Assembly: GCA_964276515.1 (NCBI GenBank)
Contig: OZ193910.1
Coordinates: forward strand, 930,001 to 994,000
Origin: Gordius albopunctatus
Lineage: Eukaryota
Direction of reading: 5' to 3'
Length of the DNA stretch: 64,000 nucleotides
In this document: one piece after another, positions 53,884-64,000 of the stretch
Position numbering within the stretch: position 1 is the first letter of the stretch
Layout: the number at the start of each line of letters is the position of its first letter
Made by a program: the position numbers and the translations under genes
The notes under the pieces: generated by a model
Database searches by the model: none
The model's input: the letters and a program-made list of their open reading frames with translations, nothing else
Told to the model about the DNA's origin: nothing

Positions 53884-54802
53884 ACCCATCTCAACTACCT
53901 CAACGCAATTTGTATTTTGACCATAGACCTTTAATATCATTAATCGATCAACAGCAGATAGAATGTACATATTTAAACGTTCTTGCTTTGTTTAAATTAT
54001 GTGATTTGTTTCATAAAAGCAAATATTAAGCTACTATCACTAAAAATCCTTTACATAGCTATACCTTAATTATTTTTTATGCATACACGTTATGGAGGCT
54101 TGTGTCTATTTTCAATCTTAAACCTTATAATCAATCAGCTGTTGAATCTATTATATTATAGGTGTTCTTACTCGTTTTCGTGTTATTATATTTTCTACCA
54201 TTTGCTCGTTTTTGTAGAAAAATAGTTTATGATCTCACACCGTCATTACCTTATAATTTATACTTGTTTTTCTAGCTTTTGATAATTAAAGTAGTAAAAA
54301 GGATATACGAGCACGGATAATTCATAATATTTAATTATGTTTGTAGTGTACATAAGCAATATAATACCATTTCATCTATAGAACATTCTAACTACATCTT
54401 GAAACTAAACAAGGGCCAATTGAATTTATTCTCAAGTAAAAATTAATGTTTTTAGATCCATCGACAATTCCCGATAATAAATCTGTGAAGAAAATCTTGA
54501 TTAGTTGAGTTAGTGTATAAAACAAAATTAAATGAATATTGGATGTGGGAAAATTAAAGGATGATATGCAACGTAACAAATAATATATAATTTAAAACTT
54601 TTTGTTACTTTGATATATATTTAACAAGTTTATTCATCATCTATTTTGCACTACTTGAATCTCATTATTATAGAGCGTGCGTTCAGAATATTAAAGTTCA
54701 TAGAAGTGAAGAAAGATGCATGAAATTTAGATTCTAATTTAATCAATTACATTTTCCATTAAAAAAGCAACCTCTCCCATGTTTTCAACCCGTACATCTA
54801 TA

Positions 54803-54957
54803 CATGGGCGTACCCATGGGGGGGGGAGTAATTTACAAAAAAAAAATTTCAATGCAAAAACATTGAAAAATTAAAAGAAATTATGTTTTGCCCTCCTCTA
54901 AATTAACTTTTAAACGTTTTGCCCGCTCCCCTAATTCAAAACCTGGGAACCCCCATG
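54803..54957. mobile_element. MITE of the CATGGGCGTAGCC family
   Basis: CATGGGCGTACCCA / TGGGAACCCCCATG with a perfect TSD CATCTATA. Confidence 0.85.
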
Positions 54958-55347
54958 CATCTATATGTTCTGCCCAGTCTTGTTAAGGAGCGGCGCTCCG
55001 GAGCGCCGCTACATTTTTTTATAAAAAACTGGAACGTCCCTCCTTTTTAAAAATGAGAAGCGGGAGTAGCTCCTTTTAGGGCTGGAGCGGAGGAGCGCCA
55101 CTTCTCCGCTCCTTTCAATTAAATATATAAATTATATTATTTTTTAAATATTAATAATATTTTTTAATTAAAATTTAATGAAAATATATTTTTATTTAAA
55201 TTTATTCATTATTAAATGTTGAGCCGAGTTTTATATTGATTTTTCATCTAATCATTTGAAACATTAAACATCAGTTTTTCCTTTTTATATTAAAATTTTT
55301 TTGAAAAATCTTGTAAGTCATATTAATATTCATTTTATAGATATATA

Positions 55348-57137
55348 CAGTCAAAATCGCTTAAGTGAGAATTGCTGGGCCTTAATTTAAAAAAAATTCT
55401 CATTTAAGCGATTTTTAGCACTTATACGATTAATTTAATTATTTATTTAATTTATGAAGAGTTTTGCACTCATGCTATATTTATAAAGCTATAGATTCCA
55501 AAAATTAATATCCGTAACATATAATATATACATACATAAATTATTTAGATAAAGTTAAAATTTTAAGCATACTTAACTTTATGCACTTTTTATGCTAAAC
55601 AGAATCAGCTGACATTTGTTGCATACATTTATAAATTTTCTAATATATGAAAGAATCTAGATAAATATTTGATTTATATTTGTCTTATTTATACATTCTA
55701 TAGTAATATCCAATCAGAGGATATATATTCTAAAATTTACTATTTTAATAGTATGTTTGTTAAATTTTATAATAAACTTATGAAATCTTAAATGAATTTA
55801 TATCATGAAAATATTATAAATAAATCTTTGTTTTGTACTTGTCTTATATTTGCATATCTTTTATTATTACTAAAATCAGCAAGAAAAACATTTTTCTAGG
55901 TTTCTTCACATTTGAAATAAAACTAAACAATGGACAAAAATTAATGTGATAAGTTTATTTAAATATACAAATTATTTGGTAAAATATTGTGTTATAAGTT
56001 GTTGATGACTTTCACATTTAAAGAGTTTATTTTCAATAAAGAATTCAAACTCTCTAAATTTTTTTGATCTTTCAATACATGATGTGCATATTTGGCTAAA
56101 GTAAAGAATGCCATTTGTGCATCTTCTTTGGTAGGTATATCTTCAAATAATTCAACTTCATTTATATCATCATAGGTATAATCATCTTGTCTTTCCAAAT
56201 TTTCTAAAAAATTATAAATTAAAATGCAAAATTACCTATTTCCTCTATAATAACAGCATCAGTATAATCACCAAAACAGCTAATACAATCATCATCATAG
56301 TTAAGTGAATCATCATAGGATGGAGATGAGGTGCTAACTAAAGAGTATCACAATTGTAAATATTATCTGGATCATAAGATTCAAGAAACTGTGGTAATAA
56401 TTTTTCTCTCCAATATGAAGCTGTAACAAAATCAGCATTACCAATTTCATTATTTGTAGAGTAGCAATTGATATTGTTCCTGGTACGGAATCTCTGTATC
56501 CAACTAGAATCTGGAATGCCTAAGATTATTATTTAAAAAATATAAATTTGTTTAAAAAGGCTAATTAAAAATTATAATAAAAATTGATCATTGATGATAA
56601 AAATATTAATTTAAAAAATTTACCTTCATTAAAATGATTTGAAAAAGATTTTGCCTTTGTAAAAAGCAAAGGACCATTAATTGCACATTGTTTTGAACTA
56701 ATTTCTGAGAACCATTTTAGAAGGGCTTCTTCTGTCTTTATGTATTGTGCTAAATTTAATAATTTTGATTTATACAAACAATATTATTTTTTCTTTGTCT
56801 TTTTTTATTGAGAGATATGTTATTAGAAGCAGTTGTTTTCAAATTGGTAGCATTTTTGCATATACGGTATATTGTTCCTAATCCCACATTGTAATTTTTG
56901 GCTAAAGTTGATTTACTGTTAAGTTTGGCTTCTATAATTTTCAACTTTTCATTATCAAGTATAAAAATAATAAAATACCTCTAAAATTTTCCTAGTAATG
57001 CGATTTTTAGCACTTATACAATTCTCACTTATAAATATATTTTGCGCAAAATTTAAACAAGGTGTTCAAAATATCGCGGTTATTTATCATTTATAAATAT
57101 TACCATTTATACGATCTCACTTATACAATTTCGACTG
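55348..57137 (-). mobile_element. pogo/Tigger DNA transposon, internally deleted, intron-containing transposase
   Basis: TA|CAGTCAAAATCGCTTAAGTGAGA ... TCTCACTTATACAATTTCGACTG|TA. Minus strand encodes LAKNYNVGLGTIYRI (psq-type HTH), EEALLKWF..INGPLLFTKA..WIQRFRTRNNI (CENP-B HTH) and YDPDNIYNCD then a stop; the DDE core is missing. Confidence 0.88.
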
Positions 57138-57157
57138 TAATAAAAAATAGTTTTATT

Positions 57158-57314
57158 ATGGATTTAGTAGAGATTATAGAAGAAGAAACCAAATTTCCAT
57201 TTCCACCGTTCAAAAAACATTTCAAGCTTTAAAGGCGAAATGTCTATTGTGCATTAACAACAAAATGGTTTCTTTCTCTAAAATCAGCAGCTTTAATTAA
57301 AAAAACACCTTAAG
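57158..57314 (+). pseudogene. BED zinc-finger remnant (first exon of the outer hAT transposase)
   Basis: MDLVEIIEEETKFPFPPFKKHFKL followed by KAKCLLCINNKMVSFSKISSFN*KKHLK and a GT donor: a CxxC...NLxxHL pattern, disrupted by stops. Confidence 0.65.
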
Positions 57315-57569
57315 GTTAAATCAATATTTCTTTATTTTATAATAATATTTTTTAAATGGTTTTAATTATTTTGGGGCAATTCATTACATTAGTTGAGTTT
57401 GGGTTGTCCTTAATATCGGACTCAGATTCGAAACGCGCGATTTTTTTTGTCCATATATCAGATTTAAGCTTATGGTTCAAACACGAATGTTATTATTAAT
57501 TTTACTCAGCCGTTTATTAAAAACAAGTAATAGAAAGAAAAAAAGCATAATTTATCAACTTCGTGATAT

Positions 57570-57790
57570 AATATTTGGGGAATATAATCATATTTTGGAT
57601 GATAATGTGAGGAGTGAGCAGAACTTTTTTAAAATCATTAAAGATATACAGCATCATAAATCCAAAGTTATTGCCATACCTCAACCAGTATAGTTTTAAA
57701 ATTTCAAGGAGTGCAATAACATTATTGAAGAAGTTTTGGTTGCCATAGTTAAGGTCAATTCACATCATTGTGCAGTATCAGATTGGATTA
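57570..57790 (+). pseudogene. Harbinger transposase N-terminal remnant
   Basis: FGEYNHIL..QNFF and, across a frameshift, QYSFKISRSAI/NIIEEVLVAIVKV resemble the Harbinger HTH region (Y.FRIS.S.IS.II.EV..AI). Confidence 0.6.
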
Positions 57791-58149
57791 GAGTATAATA
57801 ATTTATATTATAGTATTTCCATTTAGATTTATAAAGTGTAAAAAAGCTGAGAAGATTGACCTAATCAATTTATATTCAAATTATTTTAATTATCACAATG
57901 TGTTGCCTTGATGTTTGTTATTTTTATGATTTAAATAAAATTTATGTTGTCTACTATTAATTTAAATATGCAAAATAATAGATTATTAAAATATTGATTC
58001 GGACCCATAATCACTAATGGACATAATAAATAACACATTTCCAAACTAGATAAAAAATCGTAAATAAATAAAATAATGGAAAATATAAATTATAATAATT
58101 ATATATATTTAATAAGTACACAAAAGTATATTACATAATATATATAAGA

Positions 58150-58660
58150 TAGCATTCATTGTAATACAATATAGTTTTCTAATAAATGCGCTAACATAAA
58201 AACGTCTATAGCCATACTAAAACCCTAATTATAACTGGATAAAAGTAACTTTGTGATTAGTTAATTAATATATGCAAGCATATAATAAATTGTAATGATA
58301 TATAGTTTTATATTCAATGCATTAACATGAAAATGTCTCTAGCCATACTAATACCTATATATTAGGTTAATAAAGGTAAGTTTGTGATTAGTTACTCAAT
58401 ATATGTAACTACAAGCATATAATAAATTGTAATAATATATAGTTTCCTAATTTAACATAACGTCTATAGCCATACTAATACCTATATTATAAGTGAATAA
58501 AGTTAATTTTGCGATTAGTTAATGAGTATATGCAATTATATAATAAATTTTAACAATATATATTTTTCCAATTTAACATGTCTATAGCCATACTAATAAC
58601 TACATTATAAATGGATAACGTAAGTTTGTGCAAGCACATAATGAAATGTAATTCTATATA
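58150..58660. repeat. Degenerate tandem repeat, about 4 units of ~120-130 bp
   Basis: GTCTATAGCCATACTAA recurs at ~58204, ~58335, ~58462 and ~58580. Confidence 0.85.
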
Positions 58661-59529
58661 GTTTTTTAACGTTTTATTGGGCAATAAAAATAAATGGTGA
58701 ATTATACAAAACAAATTATGGGTCCACAAAAATTATTCTGATTAAAAGATAAGTTGCAAGATAAAAATCAAAATTTTTAAGAAGAATTTTTAATTGTATT
58801 TATTAACCCTGTGCCACCCCCTTACGTGTGTTAAGCGATAACTTATATATACGTCCCACCACACACATACGCGTAATTTTTACTCCTATTTATGATGAGT
58901 TACGATATAGTTAAGACGATTTTTATTGCTTATTGCCGGAGAAGTAAAATAATCAAGCTAAATAAATAAAAAATAATGATCATCCCCCTATACTAAGATA
59001 TAAAAAAATTTTTTACTCCCTGATAATTTATATTTTGTTTAGGTCGCGATATATTCGCGGGATAATTCTCCGACGTTCGTAGATAGTTTAATAAATAACT
59101 TTTTTTAGTATTTTAAAAACCCTTAAGAGTACTTAAGGGGTGTGAGAAATCCCATAGTATTATAATTTAAAAGCATATAAGCAGTTTTAGATTTAGCTTG
59201 GTTTCATATGGTCCTTTTAACCCTCGAGAGCACTCCTGAAAATCCCGAACGCGAGAGCATCCGTGGGGTATATTTGACCCCATTTTTTAACATCTTATAA
59301 CTTTTAAAGTTTTTTGTAAACCTTTCAAATTTTAAACATGTGTTTATAAAGGTCTTAAGATTGATGGTATAAATTTTGATATGAATCTAATCAACGTTAC
59401 AAAACTTATTAACGATTTTCTGGACCCCCATTTTTATTTTGGTTATTTTAGAGTTTTACCTCTTGACATCATATACCTTAAAATAAATCAAATCAAACGT
59501 GATTTTTTATTAAAAAATGTTCAAAATAT

Positions 59530-61603
59530 ATTAAAAACACAAATTGTAAAAGCACTTGTAATAAACTTTGTTGGGCATCTTCCTGTTCTTAACATACAGG
59601 TAAGAAGAGTAATAAAGTATTGATCCTCTTTTTTAGGATTGAATATAAATGTGAGTTTGTTCTAAAAATAAAATAAAACTTATTTATGTGATATATACCA
59701 CGATGAACAGCTTCCATCTGATTGGTAGCATCAACAAAAATTAGTGCATCTTCAATTGAAGGACCTTTTAAAATATTAATGTGAAACATTTAAAATAATT
59801 ATTTTATCACTTGAGGTAAGAGAACTTATGGTAGATGAAGAAGAGGCTAGAAAAATATAATAACATAGATGAACTATCAATATACTTGGGCAAGCAGATT
59901 GACTAATTTGAGAGGTTCCAGACAATCTTGGAAATTGCACATTTGGTATGGGTGTACAAACAACATATAAAGATGATGCTATAATAATATAAACAATGAA
60001 TCAAGTAAATTCATACTTGGGCAAGCAGATTGCTTAATTTGAGAGGTTTCAGACAATCTTGGAAATTGCAAATTTGATATGGGTGTACCATCAACATATA
60101 AAGATGATGCTATAACAATATAAACTATTAATCAAGAAAATTCATACTTGGGCAAGCAGATTGCCTAATTTGAGAGGTTCAAACAATCTTGGAAATTGCA
60201 CATTTGGTATGGGTGTACGAACAACATATAAAGATGATGCTATAACAATATAAACTATTAATCAAGTAAATTCATACTTGGGTAAGCAGATTGCCTAATT
60301 TGAGAGGTTCAGACAATCTTGGAAATTGCACATTTGGTATGGGTGTACAAACAACATATAAAGATGATGCTATAATAATATAAAAAATGAATCAAGTAAA
60401 TTCATACTTGGGCGAGCAGATTGCTTAATTTGAGAGGTTTCAGATAATCTTGGAAATTGCACATTTGATATGGGTGTACCAACAACATATAAAGATGATG
60501 CTATAACAATATAAACTATTAATCAAGAAAATTCATACTTGGGCAAGCAGATTGCCTAATTTGAGAGGTTTCAGACAATCTTGGAAATTGCATATTTGGT
60601 ATCAGTGTACGAACAACATATAAAGATGATGCTATAACAATATAAACAATGAATCAAGTAAATTCATATTTGGGCAAGCAGATTGCCTAATTTGGGTATT
60701 TCCAGGCATAATCAGAATAGATGTTCCAACAGAGGAGATTGCACAATTTAAAAATTAAAAGGTGAATTGGTAAAATTTGAAATGAACGCTAATAAAAGCA
60801 ATAATATAATTGGTTTTCGAAATTTATATGTTATGTCGTACGAGCACAAATTTATTAAGTGTTTTGATTGGTTTTAAGGATTTTGTCCATTATTTCTTTT
60901 GACCAGAAGTGAAAATATTGCCTAATAATATATATGTACAAACAAAGTATAAATATCACAATGTAAGTAGGATGTTTTTAAAAGAAAAGACAATTTTCAT
61001 AAAAAATTCTTTACATTGTTGTTTTGACATTACATTCAAAATAGATCTAATAAACAATATTAAAAGACTAATTTTAATGAAAAATTATCTGGAGTGAAAC
61101 TATTTTTAAACTTTTTAACATTTTCAAAATTTATTAAATTTACAAAAATTCCATCATGGATTCAATTTAATTGTCCATCTCACATGCTTATTGTTTAACA
61201 TATTGTACAGAATTTTAGAAATTTTATTAACAATATTAGTTCATAATATATATAATTACATTGTGAGGGGTATATTGTTTTTATAGCAAAACACAATTCT
61301 CATGATAAATTCTTTACATTGTTGTTTTGCCATTACATCAAGAGATTGTAAATCTGGCAAAAGAGATTTAAAAAATAATAAATTTGGATCATCTTCTTTT
61401 GAGGATTTAGCCTCTTCTATTAAGTTGATCAACAAACAGGATTCTTCTTTTACAAGGTCTATTTTCTTTATCTATATCATCTAAGGTGCTTGTGGTGGGA
61501 GTTTCATCAAAAACCTTTTCCACAAACATCATGTCATTCATTTTAAAAGTTTATCATACCTTCACCTTTTTAACGCTTTTGATCAAATCCAAACTTTGCT
61601 CAT
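59530..61603 (-). pseudogene. Multi-exon Harbinger accessory-gene remnant with BESS-like motifs and a repeated exon
   Basis: Minus-strand DDPNLLFL/KSLLPDLQSLDVMAKQQCKEFIMRIVF (~61280-61395) and a second LNVMSKQQCKEFFMKIVF (~60990-61040); several ~38-46-nt GT-AG introns; frameshifts and stops. Ends approximate. Confidence 0.6.
59882..60693 (-). repeat. Tandem array of 6+ units of 130-131 bp, each an apparent exon + intron
   Basis: The anchor ATACTTGGG is at 59882, 60013, 60144, 60274, 60404, 60535 and 60666 (variant ATATTTGGG). Confidence 0.95.
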
Positions 61604-61912
61604 ACCTAAAAACTTAAAATTCATATAAAATTTACGTTTACGAAAAATCTTGCATCCTACAAAATCGCTGTTATGTTATGCGTCTAAAAACGAAATCTTA
61701 TGTAAATCGGATATTTAGACACGGCTATGTTAAAACACGTATGACGATTTTTGCTGCGCGTTTAAATCCGATATTAAGACAAGCCCTAAAAAGGAGCGTT
61801 AACAAGACTGGTTCTGCCTAATCTATCATATATCGCAATAAGCTTGTTACTGATTGTCGCCTCATTTTAAAAATCATATGGACATTTTAAATTTCCTAAA
61901 TTGGTTTAAAAT

Positions 61913-63554
61913 ATGGATCTTGTAATAGGAGAACGATTAACTTACCTGGGAAATAACGGGACACTTAGATATATAGGCGCTTTAGATGACATCCAGGGTT
62001 AGTCTAGATTTTCATAGATGTTTTTAATTTAAAAATTAGGAATATGGTGTGGAATTGAATGGGATAATAAACATCGCGGCAAACATGATGGAATATATAA
62101 TAATCACCGCTATTTTAAAACAAGGTATATTATTATGAACTTCAATTTAATGTCTTAGATACTCTCATAATGCAACCTTTGTACTGTATGATAAGTTAAT
62201 GTCCAAAATAAATTTGGGTGTTAATTGCATTGATGCCTTGCTTAGAAAATACAATGATTCAATTAATTATTTGGATAGCTCAATAAAAATTGATAATATG
62301 CACTATGTGAAAAACGTGGGTTTTGAAAAAATTTATGATTATCAAAAGTAGCTATCTTATTACAAATATTTATTTTTTACAATTTTCTTATAATAATAAT
62401 TCACTTTATAAAATGTTAAATGTGATGTTAATACCTATCTTTAATAATATATTGCAGAAATTTTAGTCAACTAACCATGGTGAATCTCTCACAACAATCA
62501 ATTAACTGTTCAACCACTGATCAACCCTTATCTAGTTTATTAAAAAGTGTCATTGATTTGGATATTTCTTACAATTTAATTACATCATTCCATCAGTTGT
62601 ATCATTTGCTAGATGGACTAAATAAACTCAAAATATTAAATCTCAGGTTTTTGCTAAATTATAACAATTTATGAAGTATAGTGGTAATTATTTAGTGGCT
62701 GAGAATAAGTCAAAATCATATGTTAATCTAACTACACTCATGGCTAACTCAATGGGTTATGGGTGGAAAGAGGTACACATATATACAATTTATTAATATA
62801 TAATTCAAATCCTAACTTTTATAATAATTTATTAATTTTGACTAACTTTGGTTTGCTTATATTTGATAAAAGGTAAACATTTTCCTCTCACTTTTTCCAA
62901 ATTTAGAAGACCTGTTTTTTTGTTACAATGGAATTCAGCATGATACTCTACTGCAAGCTATTGATAATGAAAATTTTAAAATTCGCAATCTAACATTAAA
63001 AAAATTAGATATCCAAGGAAATGAGAACTTAATTGATTGGATAAAGGATGTATCACCTTTGGTTAAAATATTTCCTAATTTAACATCATTATGCCTTAAT
63101 GATACTAATATTTCTAACATTTCACCCTCCAAAACTGATGGTAAGCTATCCTGTCTAACCGTTTTATTTAAATTTTAAATAGGGCCATTTAAAAATCTTA
63201 AAGATCTATACATGCAAGGATGCAAAGTATTGTCATGGCTTGAAATAGCAAATTTGAATGAAATTGCACCAGACTTGGAAAAACTTGTTATTAATAAAAA
63301 TCCATTATTTTCTGACCACAACCCCGATGAAAAAATCAAATTTGGTGAATTGAGCACTAGCTACATGCTTGTTATTGCTAAATTACCAAATCTAAAATCC
63401 TTGAATAAAGTTGAAATTAAGTCATGTGATAGACAAAGTTCCGAACTATACTACCTAAACTTTTATGCTTCTGATTGGTTAAACTCGTGTCAAGATTCCT
63501 CTTGCAAATTAAGCTTTCAAGAATGGCATCCAACCTATGAAATTTTAATCAAAA
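61913..63554 (+). CDS. TBCE: Tubulin-specific chaperone E (CAP-Gly + LRR), 3'-partial
   Basis: MDLVIGERL..GTLRYIG..G|IWCGIEWDNKHRGKHDG..RYF (CAP-Gly); LRRs (VIDLDISYNLI, LKILNLSGN); IAKLPNLKSLNKVEI..RQSSELYYL..FQEWHPTYEILI. The C-terminal UBL exons are not in the window. Confidence 0.93.
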
Positions 63555-64000
63555 GTAAAATCTTTATTTATTTAAATCTGATTCTACATTAATACATTGC
63601 TTTCACATACATTTTACTTTTAGAGACTACTTTAAAAATGTTTTACACGGTGGTTTGTTACTCAAGTGTATCTACTAAGCATTAAATGCTCTATTAATTC
63701 TTAAATTTCACTTATCATTAAAATACAGTTGTATGGTTTTGATGTTGTAATTGTGATGCAATTGCTAGTTATAAATTGGTAGCCATGGTGGCCTATATCA
63801 TAAGGCATCTAAATTCAAGATTTAGGCTATAAATAATTTTTTAGATTATATGGTAAAAATGGTTAGTTGAATATTTTGTAATTTGCTTAAAATAATAAGA
63901 AATTATTGTTTTAAATAGATTTCTGATTTAATTCAATTGTTAACTATACTATTATGATATCTCTTTGATTAAAATGCTTTTGTTTTATGTGAATGTTTTA

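Larger units (their letters stand above)
57401..61786. mobile_element. Long (4.4 kb) degenerate PIF/Harbinger element, same TIR family as the 281-bp MITEs
   Basis: Left GGGTTGTCCTTAATATCGGA, right AATCCGATATTAAGACAAGCCC; subterminal arms align with the MITEs; carries convergent transposase-like and BESS-like gene remnants. Flanks TTT/TAA do not match. Confidence 0.8.
54975..61810 (+). mobile_element. hAT element shell (6.8 kb) containing nested Tigger and Harbinger elements
   Basis: TIR CAGTCTTGTTAA / TTAACAAGACTG; perfect TSD GTTCTGCC (54967-74, 61811-18); GGAGCG subterminal repeats; BED-finger remnant inside. Confidence 0.88.

Noticed and set aside
58803..59530. piggyBac-like left ends (TTAA-CCCT at 58803 and 59217, the latter followed by a TGGGGT..ACCCCA palindrome)
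   Set aside because: No matching right ends or second TTAA junction found, so no element can be delimited.
59882..60693. CRISPR-like regular array
   Set aside because: Units are homologous over their whole length with no unique spacers; eukaryotic context and no cas genes.
12952..63554. Functional cluster of cell-division genes (CENPJ, WDHD1, TBCE)
   Set aside because: Genes are interspersed with CLP1 and ADAM17 and widely spaced; no evidence of co-regulation or operon structure.

Overview
AT-rich eukaryotic (animal-type) genomic DNA, not prokaryotic. Five spliced genes can be assembled by eye: a miniaturised CENPJ/SAS-4-like gene (+, 12952-15821), WDHD1/AND-1 (+, 17542-30740), CLP1 (-, 35848-31172, convergent with WDHD1), ADAM17 (+, 46239-~53883) and the 5' part of TBCE (+, from 61913, runs off the window). 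Many introns are only about 34-45 nt. The rest is dense with transposon relics: RTE and CRE-like (restriction-endonuclease-type) non-LTR fragments, a MULE remnant, Helitron-like ends, and many hAT-type (8-bp TSD) and PIF/Harbinger-type (3-bp TSD) TIR elements and MITEs. Four things stand out. (i) A 6.8-kb nested hAT > Tigger + Harbinger element whose cargo gene contains a 131-bp tandem array built from 93-nt exon + 38-nt intron units with a 3-unit higher-order period. (ii) A 2.2-kb hAT-type foldback element with ~400-bp arms around a ~119-bp satellite. (iii) A CpG-poor, MITE-poor zone over roughly the first 1.5-2 kb of each gene. (iv) A SAS-4 that appears to lack the STIL-binding half of its TCP domain. 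All gene models and family assignments are manual, with no searches run; the organism cannot be determined from the window.
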